Counted from the stretch's first letter, positions 29,101 through 39,527 are shown. The stretch is 64,000 nt of DNA from Acidobacteriota bacterium (GCA_965209055.1 OZ242374.1:5408001-5472000); one strand, 5' to 3'. Program-made: numbers and translations. Notes: generated by a model not told the origin, from the letters alone.

Positions 29101-30537
29101 ATGAAGAGAACAATTGCCGCCAGCTTGCTCTGTCTCTCGGTTCTGAGCAACTGCCAGACCGGCGTAGAAACCACGGAGAAGGAGCCGGCCGCCCGGGCAC
29201 CACGCGTCGAGCTGGGTCCGCCGGTAATAGTCATGCTGGGTCCCCCAGGCGATCTGCGTTGGGGTTATTACGCTTTTCCGGACATGTGGAGGGCCCCGGG
29301 CGGAGAGCTGTACCTGGCAGTAAACGTGGGTGAGGACGCCAACGACGTCGGGGAACGCGAGCCCACCCGATTCTTCGTCTCCCGGGATAATGGAGAATCC
29401 TGGCAGCCGATACGGGAAGATCAGGTGGACTTCTCTCCAGATGTCATTGCCCTGCCGAGTGGTGAGCAGGTGGCCTTCGGCACTGAAAAGTATGTCTATC
29501 ATTATTCGACCTACGGACCTCGGCCGCGGGAATTCCACAGCCTGGATGAGCTTGGTCTCAAACTTGCCTTCACAACCAAGAAACCTGGCCTGATTGCGGC
29601 TCATTATCGTTACGCCGACCTGCCTGAGAGGCTGACCCGGATCCCCGTTAAGCGCCGTAAAGGACCGAATGCTCCCTGGCAGGACGAATATGCTCATTTT
29701 GACTCGTCCGACCTGCTGCTGCGTACCCCGATCGGTGCCCCGGACGCCAAAGGAGATTGGCATGAAATAGCGCCTATGATCTCAACGACGCCGCGGGATG
29801 CAGCCTCCGTCCTGTGGCCGGACCGGTTGGTCGTGCTGCCCGACGGCACCCTCCTCTGGCCACTCGCCAGTCAGGATCCGCGCATTCAGAGTATGTTCTT
29901 TCGCGTCCAATGTGTCGCTTCCAGCGACGGGGGACAGACTTGGGGAATCCGTGGCACGATCGCCGATCAGCTGGAGCTGGCCGATTGGGGGTACGGCTGC
30001 GGCGAGCAATCACTGCAGAGGATGCCCGACGGGGATCTACTGTGCATTATGCGTACCCGGATGGCGGGCAACACGCTGGGAACGCGTCCCTTTACGAAGG
30101 TGGTGCATTCGCTGGCCGCGGCGCGCTCCTCGGATAACGGCTACACCTGGAGCAGGCCGGAGGCGATTGCGCCCTTCAGCGTCACGCCCCACTTGCGCAC
30201 CTTGGACAACGGCACCGTTGCGGTCGTGTATGGGAGGCCAGGCGTGCATGTTCGCGCTTCGGCGGACAGCGGAAGGACCTGGACCAATGCCTTTCCGCTG
30301 GTGGGCCCCGTGGAGGCGCAGTTGATGGCCGAGTCCAGAGAAGAGCGCATGGCCCTGAGCCACGCCGGACACGGCTCCGCCCAAGCCAGGGTCATCAGCT
30401 GCAGCAATACGGATGTGGTCGTCACGGGATCCGACCGGTTCATCGTTGCGTATTCCGACTTTCAGTACAGAGATGAGCAGGGCCGGCAGCGAAAAGCGAT
30501 CAAGGTCAGAGAAGTGATCGTCGAAATGCCAATCTAG
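29101..30537 (+). CDS. BNR/Asp-box sialidase-like lipoprotein (subgroup B)
   Basis: MKRTIAASLLCLSVLSNC lipoprotein-like signal; Asp-boxes SRDNGESW, SSDGGQTW, SSDNGYTW, SADSGRTW. Confidence 0.85.
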   Translation: MKRTIAASLLCLSVLSNCQTGVETTEKEPAARAPRVELGPPVIVMLGPPGDLRWGYYAFPDMWRAPGGELYLAVNVGEDANDVGEREPTRFFVSRDNGESWQPIREDQVDFSPDVIALPSGEQVAFGTEKYVYHYSTYGPRPREFHSLDELGLKLAFTTKKPGLIAAHYRYADLPERLTRIPVKRRKGPNAPWQDEYAHFDSSDLLLRTPIGAPDAKGDWHEIAPMISTTPRDAASVLWPDRLVVLPDGTLLWPLASQDPRIQSMFFRVQCVASSDGGQTWGIRGTIADQLELADWGYGCGEQSLQRMPDGDLLCIMRTRMAGNTLGTRPFTKVVHSLAAARSSDNGYTWSRPEAIAPFSVTPHLRTLDNGTVAVVYGRPGVHVRASADSGRTWTNAFPLVGPVEAQLMAESREERMALSHAGHGSAQARVISCSNTDVVVTGSDRFIVAYSDFQYRDEQGRQRKAIKVREVIVEMPI

Positions 30538-30696
30538 TCCGAAATTCTCACCACGCCGTTGAGTGATCGGAGAAGACGCATTTTTTGAGGAAACAGCGAT
30601 TGTTGCGGAGCAGCCTCCTGGGGACCGACCGAGCTGGGCGCGCCCTCGCTGGTCTTTTCCTGACCAGGGGAGCGTCCGGCTCTCCCCCGCCCCGTA

Positions 30697-32121
30697 TCAA
30701 GTCGGTCCGCCAATGGACAGAAGTTCGACGCCCTCACCCTCCTCGGGTTTTTTGATGCGGAACCGGACCGAAGTCACTTCCGATCCATGGGGGCCAAATC
30801 GGTTTTTGAAGCCTTCTCTTTGTCCGACCATGAAGATGGAGCCGTCCTCCAGAACGCAGGCGCTGGGGTAGTAAGACTTGGGATCACACTTGAAGCCGCG
30901 GCCCGGCGCCGGTTTCACCCAGGTCTTCCCATTGTCGCGGCTGTAGATCACTTCTCCGTTGTTCGGCACCTGAGGATCGTCGCTGCTGAGTTTGTGCCGA
31001 CCCCCAAAGACCACGACCGATACGCCGTCGGGTGTCACCACCAGTTCACCCCTCCGGTACAACTTGGGGCCGCGATACTCGCTTCCAAAGTCAGGGTCTT
31101 CGATGATGGGGTCTGTCAGGAGCAGACGCGGCGGCGACCAGGTCTGCCCGTCGTCGTAGGACTGAAACCAAGCCGACGTCGGCCGGCAGGGGAAGGCCAG
31201 ACTCCCGTCCGGCAAGTAGGCGGCGGTGCCCTCGTCCGCATCCCAGTCATTGCTCCCAATCACCGATACGGTGGACCAAGTGCGGCCCTTGTCCTCAGAG
31301 CGCATGAGGACCATGAACCAGCGGGGATCTTCGGTGGGCCAGCCGTTGCCCCCGGGAATGCAACTGCCGGCGGCGAATAGCAGCAACGCACCATCCTTGC
31401 TTTCGAACATGCTGTACGGGGCGTCCATATCGAAGGGCCCCACGAACCTAGTCACCTCCTTCCAGGTGTGGCCGTCGTCGTCGCTTCGAAAGATCAGGGT
31501 CTTGGACTGCCGGTTGGCCATGATCCGGGCGAATTCAAGGGGCGTCGTGGGCATCTGGTTCCAGTAGCCCCAATGGGGTTTCAGCCGGACTCCCGCAATC
31601 ATCGTGCCGTCACTCAGTTGAACAACGTCCCCGACGTAGTAGGCGCCAGGCACCACCGGAAACGACCGGGGACGGCTCCAGGTCTTCCCCTGGTCCCGGC
31701 TGCGGACCCACATCAACCTTCCGCCCTCGGGCGCATCCCAGTCCAGGAGCCATTCCCGATCAGGCCTTTTGATGCGTTCCCAGGCCTCCGGAGGCATGTC
31801 CCAAGGGGTGGGCCAGGAAGCGTGCCAATAACCGGCTGAGAAGGTCATGAACAGGTCGCCATTCTGCAGTCGGCAGACCGTCGGCCACCCGCAGTAACCG
31901 CCAAACCCGCGGAACGGCTCCGGCGGATTGACATCGGGGGAGACGATGATTTGTCGATACTTCTCGAAGTCCACCCGGGGTCCATCACCCGTAATCAGGG
32001 CCTCAACCGGTGGAATGGAACTCGCGGCCGACTTCTTCTTGCCGGCACTGACAAGACTGGTGGCCGCCAAAGCGGTCGCTGACGCAGACAGATATTGCCG
32101 GCGGGTCAATTGAACACCCAT
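30697..32121 (-). CDS. BNR/Asp-box sialidase-like protein, Tat-exported (subgroup C)
   Basis: LTRRQYL Tat motif; five Asp-boxes; 474 aa from ATG 32121 after AGGAGG; paralog of 35168-36592. Confidence 0.85.
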   Translation of the reverse strand: MGVQLTRRQYLSASATALAATSLVSAGKKKSAASSIPPVEALITGDGPRVDFEKYRQIIVSPDVNPPEPFRGFGGYCGWPTVCRLQNGDLFMTFSAGYWHASWPTPWDMPPEAWERIKRPDREWLLDWDAPEGGRLMWVRSRDQGKTWSRPRSFPVVPGAYYVGDVVQLSDGTMIAGVRLKPHWGYWNQMPTTPLEFARIMANRQSKTLIFRSDDDGHTWKEVTRFVGPFDMDAPYSMFESKDGALLLFAAGSCIPGGNGWPTEDPRWFMVLMRSEDKGRTWSTVSVIGSNDWDADEGTAAYLPDGSLAFPCRPTSAWFQSYDDGQTWSPPRLLLTDPIIEDPDFGSEYRGPKLYRRGELVVTPDGVSVVVFGGRHKLSSDDPQVPNNGEVIYSRDNGKTWVKPAPGRGFKCDPKSYYPSACVLEDGSIFMVGQREGFKNRFGPHGSEVTSVRFRIKKPEEGEGVELLSIGGPT

Positions 32122-32196
32122 CACTGAACCTCCTCCTTGTGCCGATTTGAAAACGAAGGTCCCAGCCCGATTCATTCTTCGGGTAAGCCTAAGCTC

Positions 32197-32212
32197 TTTA
32201 TAACATATAAAA
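32197..32212. promoter_or_regulatory. Candidate operator TTTATAACATATAAAA
   Basis: Imperfect palindrome, identical to 36667-36682, upstream of the paralogous gene. Confidence 0.55.
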
Positions 32213-32312
32213 TCGTGCCGGGAGCCATCCCGCCCCGAGTGATCGGTTAGGTTTGGGAACAATATATGACCGATTTCCAGGCAGTCGAGGTGGCAAGCCA
32301 GGAGGAGGATCG

Positions 32313-34094
32313 GTGTCTATCCACGGTCTGACTGAAAAGACTGAAGCAAGAGACGAGCTTCGTTCCCTTAGGCCGGTCGTCATGGGGACCGAACACATGG
32401 TCGTAGCCGGGCACTATCTGGCGGCACAGGCCGGCATGCAGATCCTGGAGGAGGGAGGCAATGCGGTTGACGCCGGTGTGGCAGCAGGTCTCGCTCTCGG
32501 TGTCGTGCAGAGTGACCTGGTAAGCGTCGCCGGCGTCGCCCCCATTGTTCTGTTCTTGGCTGACCAGCAGGAGGTGGTGACCATCAGCGGTCTGGGCGTT
32601 TGGCCCCAGGCAGCCAGCGTGGATCTGTTCCGGAGGGAGCACGGAGGAAGAATCCCGGAGGGACTGTTGCGAACGGTCGTGCCAGCCGCCCCAGACGCTT
32701 GGATTACGGCGCTGGAGAGGTTTGGGCGCATGAGTTTTGGCCAGGTGGCCGGGTCAGCCATCCGGTTTGCTTCCCATGGTTTCCCCATGCACTCGTTCAT
32801 GAGCGCCCGGATTAGCGAGGCGGAGGAGGACTACCGTCGTTGGGAGAGCAGCGCCCAGGTCTTTCTCCCTGGCGGTCGTCCCCCCACACCCGGAGAGATC
32901 TTTTTCCAACACGATTTAGGAGCCGTTCTCCAGTACATGGTTGAGGAGGAGCGGAGCGCATCGCGCCGTGGACGTCTGGCAGGATTGCAATCGGCACGAA
33001 ATGCATTCTACAGAGGGGACATTGCAGTAAGAATTGTCCAATACCACCATGAGAATGGTGGACTCCTCTCCGCTCAGGACCTGTCCAACTTTCGCGTGAG
33101 AATCGAGCCACCCGAGAAAATCACCTTCCAGGACACTGAGATCTATGCTTGTGGACCATGGTCTCAGGGTCCGACTCTGCTCCAGACCCTCAAGCTGCTG
33201 GAGGCCTATGACCTGAAATCCTTGGGGCACAACTCGGCGCCGTATGTGCACATTTTGACCGAGGCCCTCAAATTGGCATTCGCTGACCGCGAACACTTCT
33301 ACGGTGACCCCCTCCATGTCAAAGTGCCTATGGCCGAACTCCTTTCCGAGCGGAACGCCAACCAACGGATAGGGCTCATCCGCTCACACCAGGCGTGGGT
33401 AGAGATGCCTCCGCCCAGCCGGTTGGGCACAGCCGGTGAGTCGCCAGCCGATTCGTCGCGGGGACCGGCGAACTCTTCCGGCGAAGCTGGAAATCCAAAG
33501 CGGCCTGGCTGGGACACGAGCTACGTCTGCGTCGTTGATCGAGATGGAAACGCCTTTTCGGCCACTCCAAGCGATGTGTCCTACGACACACCGATCATTC
33601 CGGGAACCGGCCTGGCGGTCTCTTCGCGTGGCTCGCAGTCGCGTCTGGATCCGAGTCATCCGGCTTGTCTCGCTCCCGGGAAAAGACCGCGCCTGACGCC
33701 CAACCCCGCCCTGGCGTTGCGGAACGGGGGCCTTTTCATGCCGTTCGGTACTCCGGGCGGGGATGTGCAGCCACAGGCCATGCTTCAGGTCCTCCTCAAT
33801 GTTCTCATCTTCGGTATGAACCCCCAGGAGGCGGTCGAAGCGCCCCGTTTTGCTTCCTACAGTTTTCCCAGCTCTTTCGCACCACATTCCTGTTTTCCAG
33901 GGCTGCTGAAAATGGAATCGCGAGTACGTCGGGAGACGGGCGTAGAGCTGGAGGAGCTGGGTCACCGGGTCAGTTGGTGGCCGGACTGGAGCTGGCGGGC
34001 CGGCGGAGTTTGCACGATCATGGCCGATCAGGCCAGGGGCGTTCTGCAGGGTGGAGCCGACCCGAGACGCCCGGGATACGCCGTGGGCTGGTAG
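32313..34094 (+). CDS. Gamma-glutamyltransferase-family Ntn hydrolase (second type)
   Basis: GGNAVDAGVA, LAFADRE..YGDP, nucleophile DTSYVCVVD, PGKRPRLTPNP, FGTPGGDVQPQ, GADPRR; GTG after GGAGGAGG. Confidence 0.9.
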   Translation: MSIHGLTEKTEARDELRSLRPVVMGTEHMVVAGHYLAAQAGMQILEEGGNAVDAGVAAGLALGVVQSDLVSVAGVAPIVLFLADQQEVVTISGLGVWPQAASVDLFRREHGGRIPEGLLRTVVPAAPDAWITALERFGRMSFGQVAGSAIRFASHGFPMHSFMSARISEAEEDYRRWESSAQVFLPGGRPPTPGEIFFQHDLGAVLQYMVEEERSASRRGRLAGLQSARNAFYRGDIAVRIVQYHHENGGLLSAQDLSNFRVRIEPPEKITFQDTEIYACGPWSQGPTLLQTLKLLEAYDLKSLGHNSAPYVHILTEALKLAFADREHFYGDPLHVKVPMAELLSERNANQRIGLIRSHQAWVEMPPPSRLGTAGESPADSSRGPANSSGEAGNPKRPGWDTSYVCVVDRDGNAFSATPSDVSYDTPIIPGTGLAVSSRGSQSRLDPSHPACLAPGKRPRLTPNPALALRNGGLFMPFGTPGGDVQPQAMLQVLLNVLIFGMNPQEAVEAPRFASYSFPSSFAPHSCFPGLLKMESRVRRETGVELEELGHRVSWWPDWSWRAGGVCTIMADQARGVLQGGADPRRPGYAVGW

Positions 34095-34111
34095 TGATTA
34101 TAGGTATGACA

Positions 34112-35128
34112 TCAGCGCGGTCCTTCATCCAGCCGGCTCAAGTCAATCGGATTGGACCAGGCATAGCCGTCCTCCCCGTCCCATAACTCGACGCGCACAT
34201 AGTGGCCTACTGTCTTTTCCTTCTTCAAATAGCCGCGCTGGATGAATCTCCGGTTCATGGCCGAAACGCCGTCAGGACTGGCCAGCCCAAACAATGGCGC
34301 CCGGGCCTGCGTCAGTTTCTCGCCCGGTGCTGCCACTCGGCGCACGCCGAGGTAGGGAACAGACGCGAACCAAATCCACCGTACGGGTGAAGTCACCACA
34401 CGGATCTCCTCGTCCACAATGGCAATCTCCTTGATCCGCGGACCCGTTGTCGAATAGAACTGCCCACGGCGCATGGCGGCAAGAATTGCCGGTGCAGTGC
34501 GCGACTCGGCCCGGACCATCACCCAAGCTTCGTACTGGTCGCGAAATGGCTGCTTACCGAGCGGCGCGAAAGTCAACTCCGGCTTCCGGCCACTGTGCCG
34601 ATCATCACTGGCCACACCCCAGAGCATGTGACCGTTGGCAAGCAGTTCGTCCCATTGCGCGGTCGAGCGACCGCGGCGCCCGGTCCAATAGTTGGGTGCG
34701 TTGAAGATCTCGATTCCGACCAGTCCGTTGAGTTGTGAAATGGCGCTTGCATTGGCGCCGCTGAGGGACGGATGCGAGAGAAACGGAAGTCCGCCCTGCG
34801 CCAAAACATCATCAATAATCCGCTGTGGGGCGACCTTGTGATTCATGACCCGCTCTATGCCAAGGGCCAGTACCTCCGCCGGAAAGGTATTCTCCCAGTC
34901 CACGCGAATCTCGGCGCCGGGCATGACCAGAATCCCGGGTGAGCGGCTCTCGCTCACATCCGTTACCACGTTGTGGTCAGTGACGAACAGAAAATCGTAC
35001 CCATTGCGGTCATAGCAGGCAGCCAATTCGGCAACGCTGAACTGACCATCGGAATTCGTTGTGTGGCTGTGAACATTACCCCTGTACCACTGGCCCGAGC
35101 CAGCGAATGGGTTACCTGGAACCATCAC
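34112..35128 (-). CDS. PHP-domain metallohydrolase (CehA/McbA-like), copy 3, more diverged
   Basis: WYRGNVHSHTTNSDG, TDHN, SDDRH, AWSNPI. Confidence 0.85.
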   Translation of the reverse strand: MMVPGNPFAGSGQWYRGNVHSHTTNSDGQFSVAELAACYDRNGYDFLFVTDHNVVTDVSESRSPGILVMPGAEIRVDWENTFPAEVLALGIERVMNHKVAPQRIIDDVLAQGGLPFLSHPSLSGANASAISQLNGLVGIEIFNAPNYWTGRRGRSTAQWDELLANGHMLWGVASDDRHSGRKPELTFAPLGKQPFRDQYEAWVMVRAESRTAPAILAAMRRGQFYSTTGPRIKEIAIVDEEIRVVTSPVRWIWFASVPYLGVRRVAAPGEKLTQARAPLFGLASPDGVSAMNRRFIQRGYLKKEKTVGHYVRVELWDGEDGYAWSNPIDLSRLDEGPR

Positions 35129-35167
35129 TTACGTTCCTTGATCAATTGGCGTCGTTTCCGTCCACGG

Positions 35168-36592
35168 TCAAGCCCGACCTCCTATCGGCAAGAGTTCAAC
35201 GCCTTCTCCCTCTTCCGGCGTCTTGATGCGAAACCGGACAGAAGTCACTTCGGCTCCATGGGGACCGAATCTGTTCTTGAAGCCTTCGCGCTGACCCACC
35301 ATGAAGATAGAGCCGTCTTCCAGAACGCAGGCGCTGGGGTAGTAGGACTTGGGATCACACGTGTAGCCGCGTCCCGGCGCCGGTTTGACCCAGGTCTTCC
35401 CGCTGTCCCGGCTGTAGATCACCTCCCCGTTGTTCGCCACCAGATGGGTACCGCCGCCGAGTTTGTGGCGGCCTCCAAATACGACCACGGAGACTCCGTC
35501 CGGCGTCACCACCACGGCCCCTTTTCTGTACAGCTTGGGCCCGTGATACTCGCTTCCAAAGTTGGGGTCTTCGATGATCGAGTCGGTCAGGAGCAGACGT
35601 GGCGGGGACCAGGTCCGCCCGTCGTCGTACGACTGATACCAGGCCGAGGTCGGTCTGCAAGGGAAGCCCAGGCTGCCGTCCGGCAAGTAGGCGGCCGTGC
35701 CCTCGTTCGCATCGAAGTCATTACTGCCAATCACCGACACGGTCGACCATGTGCGGCCCTCGTCCTCAGAGCGCATGAGGAGCATGAGCCAACGAGGGTA
35801 TTCGCTAGGCCAACCCTTGCCCCCGGGAATGGGTGAACCGGCGGCCAATACCATCAGGGCTCCGTCTTTGGCCTCGAACATACTGTGGGGAGCGTCCATG
35901 AAGAACGGTCCCACGAAGCGGGTCACTTCCCTCCACGTGTCGCCGTTATCATCGCTTCGAAAAATAAGCGTTTCCGACTGCCTGTTGGCCGCAATCCGGG
36001 CATATTCAACGGGTGTCGCGGGCATCCGTCTCCAGTATCCCCAATGGGCTTCCATCCGGGCGCCTGCAAACATCGTTCCGCTCCTCAACTGCACCACGTG
36101 ATTCATCACATACGCGCCACGCACCACGGGAAAGGAACGGGGCCGGCTCCAGGTTTTCCCCTCGTCCCGGCTGCGGATCCACATCATTCTTCCGCCGTCG
36201 GGCGCATCCCAGTCCAGTAGCCAGGACTGGTCCGGCCGTTTCCAGCGCTCCATCGCCTCAGGAGGAATGTCCCAGGGGGTGGGCCAGGAAGCGTGCCAAT
36301 AACCGGCTGAGAAGGTCACGAACAGGTCGCCGTTCTGCAGCCGGCACACCGTCGGCCACCCACAGTAGCCGCCAAACCCGCGGAAGGGCTCCGGCGGATT
36401 GACGTCGGGGGAGACGAGGATCTTTCTATACTTCTCGAAATCCACTCGAGGCCCATCACCCGTAATCAGAGCCTCGACCGGTGGAATGGAAGCCGCGGCT
36501 GACTTCGTTTTACCTGGTCTGACGAGCGTCGTGGTTGCCAAAGCGGTTGCTGAAGTGGACAGAACTTTCCGGCGGGTCCATTGGACAGCCAT
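35168..36592 (-). CDS. BNR/Asp-box sialidase-like protein, Tat-exported (subgroup C)
   Basis: WTRRKVL; five Asp-boxes; 474 aa. Confidence 0.87.
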   Translation of the reverse strand: MAVQWTRRKVLSTSATALATTTLVRPGKTKSAAASIPPVEALITGDGPRVDFEKYRKILVSPDVNPPEPFRGFGGYCGWPTVCRLQNGDLFVTFSAGYWHASWPTPWDIPPEAMERWKRPDQSWLLDWDAPDGGRMMWIRSRDEGKTWSRPRSFPVVRGAYVMNHVVQLRSGTMFAGARMEAHWGYWRRMPATPVEYARIAANRQSETLIFRSDDNGDTWREVTRFVGPFFMDAPHSMFEAKDGALMVLAAGSPIPGGKGWPSEYPRWLMLLMRSEDEGRTWSTVSVIGSNDFDANEGTAAYLPDGSLGFPCRPTSAWYQSYDDGRTWSPPRLLLTDSIIEDPNFGSEYHGPKLYRKGAVVVTPDGVSVVVFGGRHKLGGGTHLVANNGEVIYSRDSGKTWVKPAPGRGYTCDPKSYYPSACVLEDGSIFMVGQREGFKNRFGPHGAEVTSVRFRIKTPEEGEGVELLPIGGRA

Positions 36593-36666
36593 CTCCTTGC
36601 CTCCTCGCTACGCCGAATTGCAATATGAAGACCTCGGCACCAGAACTTCTCAGAATCGATTATAAT

Positions 36667-36682
36667 TTTATAACATATAAAA
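36667..36682. promoter_or_regulatory. Candidate operator TTTATAACATATAAAA
   Basis: Identical 16-mer to 32197-32212 while the flanking intergenic sequence has diverged. Confidence 0.55.
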
Positions 36683-36736
36683 CATCGAATCTTCCGGGCC
36701 ACTTTGGCAGGATGAATCCGGGTTCCTCCCGAACCG

Positions 36737-36880
36737 CTGAATCAACGGCCTCTTCTTTGCTGCCTGGCCGACGGGAAGTTCGGGAATGCCGGTGGAACCG
36801 GCGGAAGAAATTTCGGTCAAGTCTTGACCAGCAGAGAGACCGCATTGGGTAATTTTGACAACGATGGCGATCAGGACATC
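36737..36880 (+). pseudogene. Internal remnant of a CRTAC1-family gene
   Basis: LADGKFGNAGGTGGRNFGQVLTSRETALGNFDNDGDQDI aligns without gaps to LADGTFENVSSSSGMIFETPMVSRGAAFGDFDNDGDQDI of 7524-9170. Confidence 0.7.
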
Positions 36881-36896
36881 GAGGAGGAGTTAGGCG

Positions 36897-38393
36897 CTGA
36901 CCACGACCGGGAGACAACCTGAAATCCTGCTTCTATGGCTGGCATTACTGGGAATTGAGTTCTTTTCAGCCAGCCTTGCCCATCAGGCATCGGTGTCATC
37001 CCTTCACCAGGAAGCCTACGAGGCCCAGCGGAAGGGAGATTTCCAGACCGCACTTCAGAAATACCAACAGCTCGTTCAGCTGCGACCGGAGTTGGCAGAA
37101 TTGCAGGCCAATCTGGGCCTGATCTATTTTCACCTGGGACAACGGAAAGAAGCGGAAACCGCCTTCCGGAAGGCCATTTCGCTCAAGCCCGAACTGCCGG
37201 GCGTGGATCTCTACTTGGGAACCATTGCTTTTGAGCAAAGGCGTTATCGGGAGGCCACGACTCACCTGAAGAAGGCGGAGAAAGCCGAGCCTACTCACCC
37301 ACAGGTTCTTCTGTTGCTGGGTTACCTGTATTTTGCTGAATCGAAGCATGGCATTGCCGCGCGTTACTTCGAAAGACTCTCCGAGGCTGAGAACCGACCC
37401 GATCTCCACTACTATCTGAGCCGGTGTTATTCTCGCTTGGCGGCCAACTTTCACTCGCGGTTGCAAGCGGAATTCCCCAGTTCCTTTTACGCACACCTGG
37501 CCCGGGCTCATTTCCACCTGACACAAGCGGACTGGGAGAAAGGTCGGGAGGAGTATGAAGCGGCGCTGAAGCAACGCCCCGACAACCGGCAACTTAGGGT
37601 CAGATTGCAGTGGCTCACCGACCGGACGGGTGCCGCCCCAACCTGGTTTTCCAACGATCCTGATTTTGAGCTCATCGATGGCGTTACCCGCTATCTGCAG
37701 TCCCTTCCCGAGCCAAGTAAAATCGACCAGGAACTGCGTTTTTACCAGGAGAGGATACGAACATTGGGCGAGGATGCGCCCCATTCGGATGAGCAGGTCT
37801 ATCTACTGGCGGAAGCCTACCAGATCCTGGCGCTTCTGACCTCTCACAAGCTGGAATCCGGACCGCATTCTTTTCAGGCCCATTTGCTTCGGGCGCAGCT
37901 GAACCAGGAGCTGGGCGAGGCAGAAGAGGCCATTCGAGAATACCGCAAGGCCCTCAAGCTGAAGCCTAACCTGGGAACCATCCACCTTTCGATGGGGAAT
38001 CTCTACTGGGAGCTTCGACGCTACGACGAAGCGCTGGCAGCGTTGCGAGAAGGCATCGACAAGGACTCGGCTACACCACTCTCCCTCTATCAGATCGGGG
38101 ATATCCTGTTGCTCAGAGGCCAGTTGGAGCAGGCGGAGGAGTATCTGTCCCGAGCGCTGGTTCTGGATCCGGAGATGATAGAGGCCCTATTGGCCATGGC
38201 ACGCGTCTATAGCTTGAAACGTGACTACAAGGAGTCCCTGAAGTATCTGAAGGCAGCCGCGGAGCGGCGCCCGAATGACCCTCAGTTGCACTATCGGTTG
38301 TCGGAAACCTATCGAAATCTGGGCCGCCCTGAGGACGCCCAGAGGGAATTGAACATTTTCCGAGAGCTGTACGCCGCACAGGAAAAGCCATGA
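36897..38393 (+). CDS. Secreted tetratricopeptide-repeat protein (probable CTG start)
   Basis: Multiple TPR helices; the frame is open upstream of GTG 36993 to CTG 36897, adding ILLLWLALLGIEFFSASLA; GAGGAGGAG lies 7 nt before the CTG. Confidence 0.8.
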   Translation: MTTTGRQPEILLLWLALLGIEFFSASLAHQASVSSLHQEAYEAQRKGDFQTALQKYQQLVQLRPELAELQANLGLIYFHLGQRKEAETAFRKAISLKPELPGVDLYLGTIAFEQRRYREATTHLKKAEKAEPTHPQVLLLLGYLYFAESKHGIAARYFERLSEAENRPDLHYYLSRCYSRLAANFHSRLQAEFPSSFYAHLARAHFHLTQADWEKGREEYEAALKQRPDNRQLRVRLQWLTDRTGAAPTWFSNDPDFELIDGVTRYLQSLPEPSKIDQELRFYQERIRTLGEDAPHSDEQVYLLAEAYQILALLTSHKLESGPHSFQAHLLRAQLNQELGEAEEAIREYRKALKLKPNLGTIHLSMGNLYWELRRYDEALAALREGIDKDSATPLSLYQIGDILLLRGQLEQAEEYLSRALVLDPEMIEALLAMARVYSLKRDYKESLKYLKAAAERRPNDPQLHYRLSETYRNLGRPEDAQRELNIFRELYAAQEKP

Positions 38394-38537
38394 TTTCCCT
38401 CCCCCGGAAAAGTCGGCTGTGAAATCGTCGACAGAGAGTTGATGCCCAGGCAACAAAAGAGCCGATAGGCTTCGATTCCGTTGAAATCGGGCTGGCCATA
38501 ACTTGGGCCAAAACCGATCGCTCAATTGTAGACTTCC

Positions 38538-39527
38538 ATGATGAGATCCTCTCTCACCTTGCTCGTCAACGCACCCCTGGAGGAAGACCAGAGGAAGCGC
38601 ATTCGAGACTTGGGAGTGCGCTTGTTGGATGGGCTTTCGGAGGAGAGTCTGAGGGTAGCTGAGGTCATTTATACGACGCGCATCCCCTTTGAGCCTCGCC
38701 AAGTGCCTCGGCTCCGTTGGATTCAACTCAATACGGTGGCCGTCGACCACATCTTGACCGGCGCTATGGCAACAACGGGTATTCGGATAGCCAACGTTCG
38801 GGGTGCCTACAGCGTAGCCGTGGCAGAGTTGGCGGTGGGAGCGATCGTGGCGCTGAGTCGCCGTTTCCAGAGTGCTCATTCTCTACAGCTTCAGAATCGC
38901 TGGCCCGATGACTTCACCCCGCTCAAAGGCGAGAATTGTTACGGCAAGACATTGTCTATTCTCGGATACGGCAGCATCGGGCGTCATCTGGCTCGAATCG
39001 TCACGGGCATGGGGATGCGGGTGCTCGCCTGCAAGCGTTGCCCTGAGCGGAAAAAGGACGAAGGATTCTATCTGCCCAATACAGGGGATCCCGAAGGGCT
39101 CTTTCCAGAGGAATGGTATGGTCTCAGCAATATTGGGGAGATGTTGTCTATCAGCGATATCCTCGTAATCTGCCTTCCGTTGACCCCGGAAACCAAGGGT
39201 GTCATCGGACCGTCGGAACTGGCCAAGCTACCCCGCAACGCCTATCTGATTAACGTCGGTCGGGGTGAGGTGGTCGCGGAAGAACCCTTTTTGGACGTGT
39301 TGAGAACGCGCCGAATAGCCGGAGCGGCACTTGACGTCTTTCCTAAAGAGCCCCTGCCTGCCGGTAGCCCCTTCTGGGGGCTGCCCAATACGATTATCCT
39401 ACCCCATATCGGCTCGTTCACTCGCGAGCAGGGTCACTTGGCTGGCGAAGTCCTGATCGAGAATTTGACCAGGGATCTTTCCGAATCGCCGCTGCTAAAC
39501 CTGATTGATCCCCAACGGGGATACTAG
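38538..39527 (+). CDS. D-2-hydroxyacid dehydrogenase family protein
   Basis: LRWIQ, ILGYGSIG, LPLTPET, INVGRG, ALDVFPKEPL, LPHIG. Confidence 0.93.
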   Translation: MMRSSLTLLVNAPLEEDQRKRIRDLGVRLLDGLSEESLRVAEVIYTTRIPFEPRQVPRLRWIQLNTVAVDHILTGAMATTGIRIANVRGAYSVAVAELAVGAIVALSRRFQSAHSLQLQNRWPDDFTPLKGENCYGKTLSILGYGSIGRHLARIVTGMGMRVLACKRCPERKKDEGFYLPNTGDPEGLFPEEWYGLSNIGEMLSISDILVICLPLTPETKGVIGPSELAKLPRNAYLINVGRGEVVAEEPFLDVLRTRRIAGAALDVFPKEPLPAGSPFWGLPNTIILPHIGSFTREQGHLAGEVLIENLTRDLSESPLLNLIDPQRGY

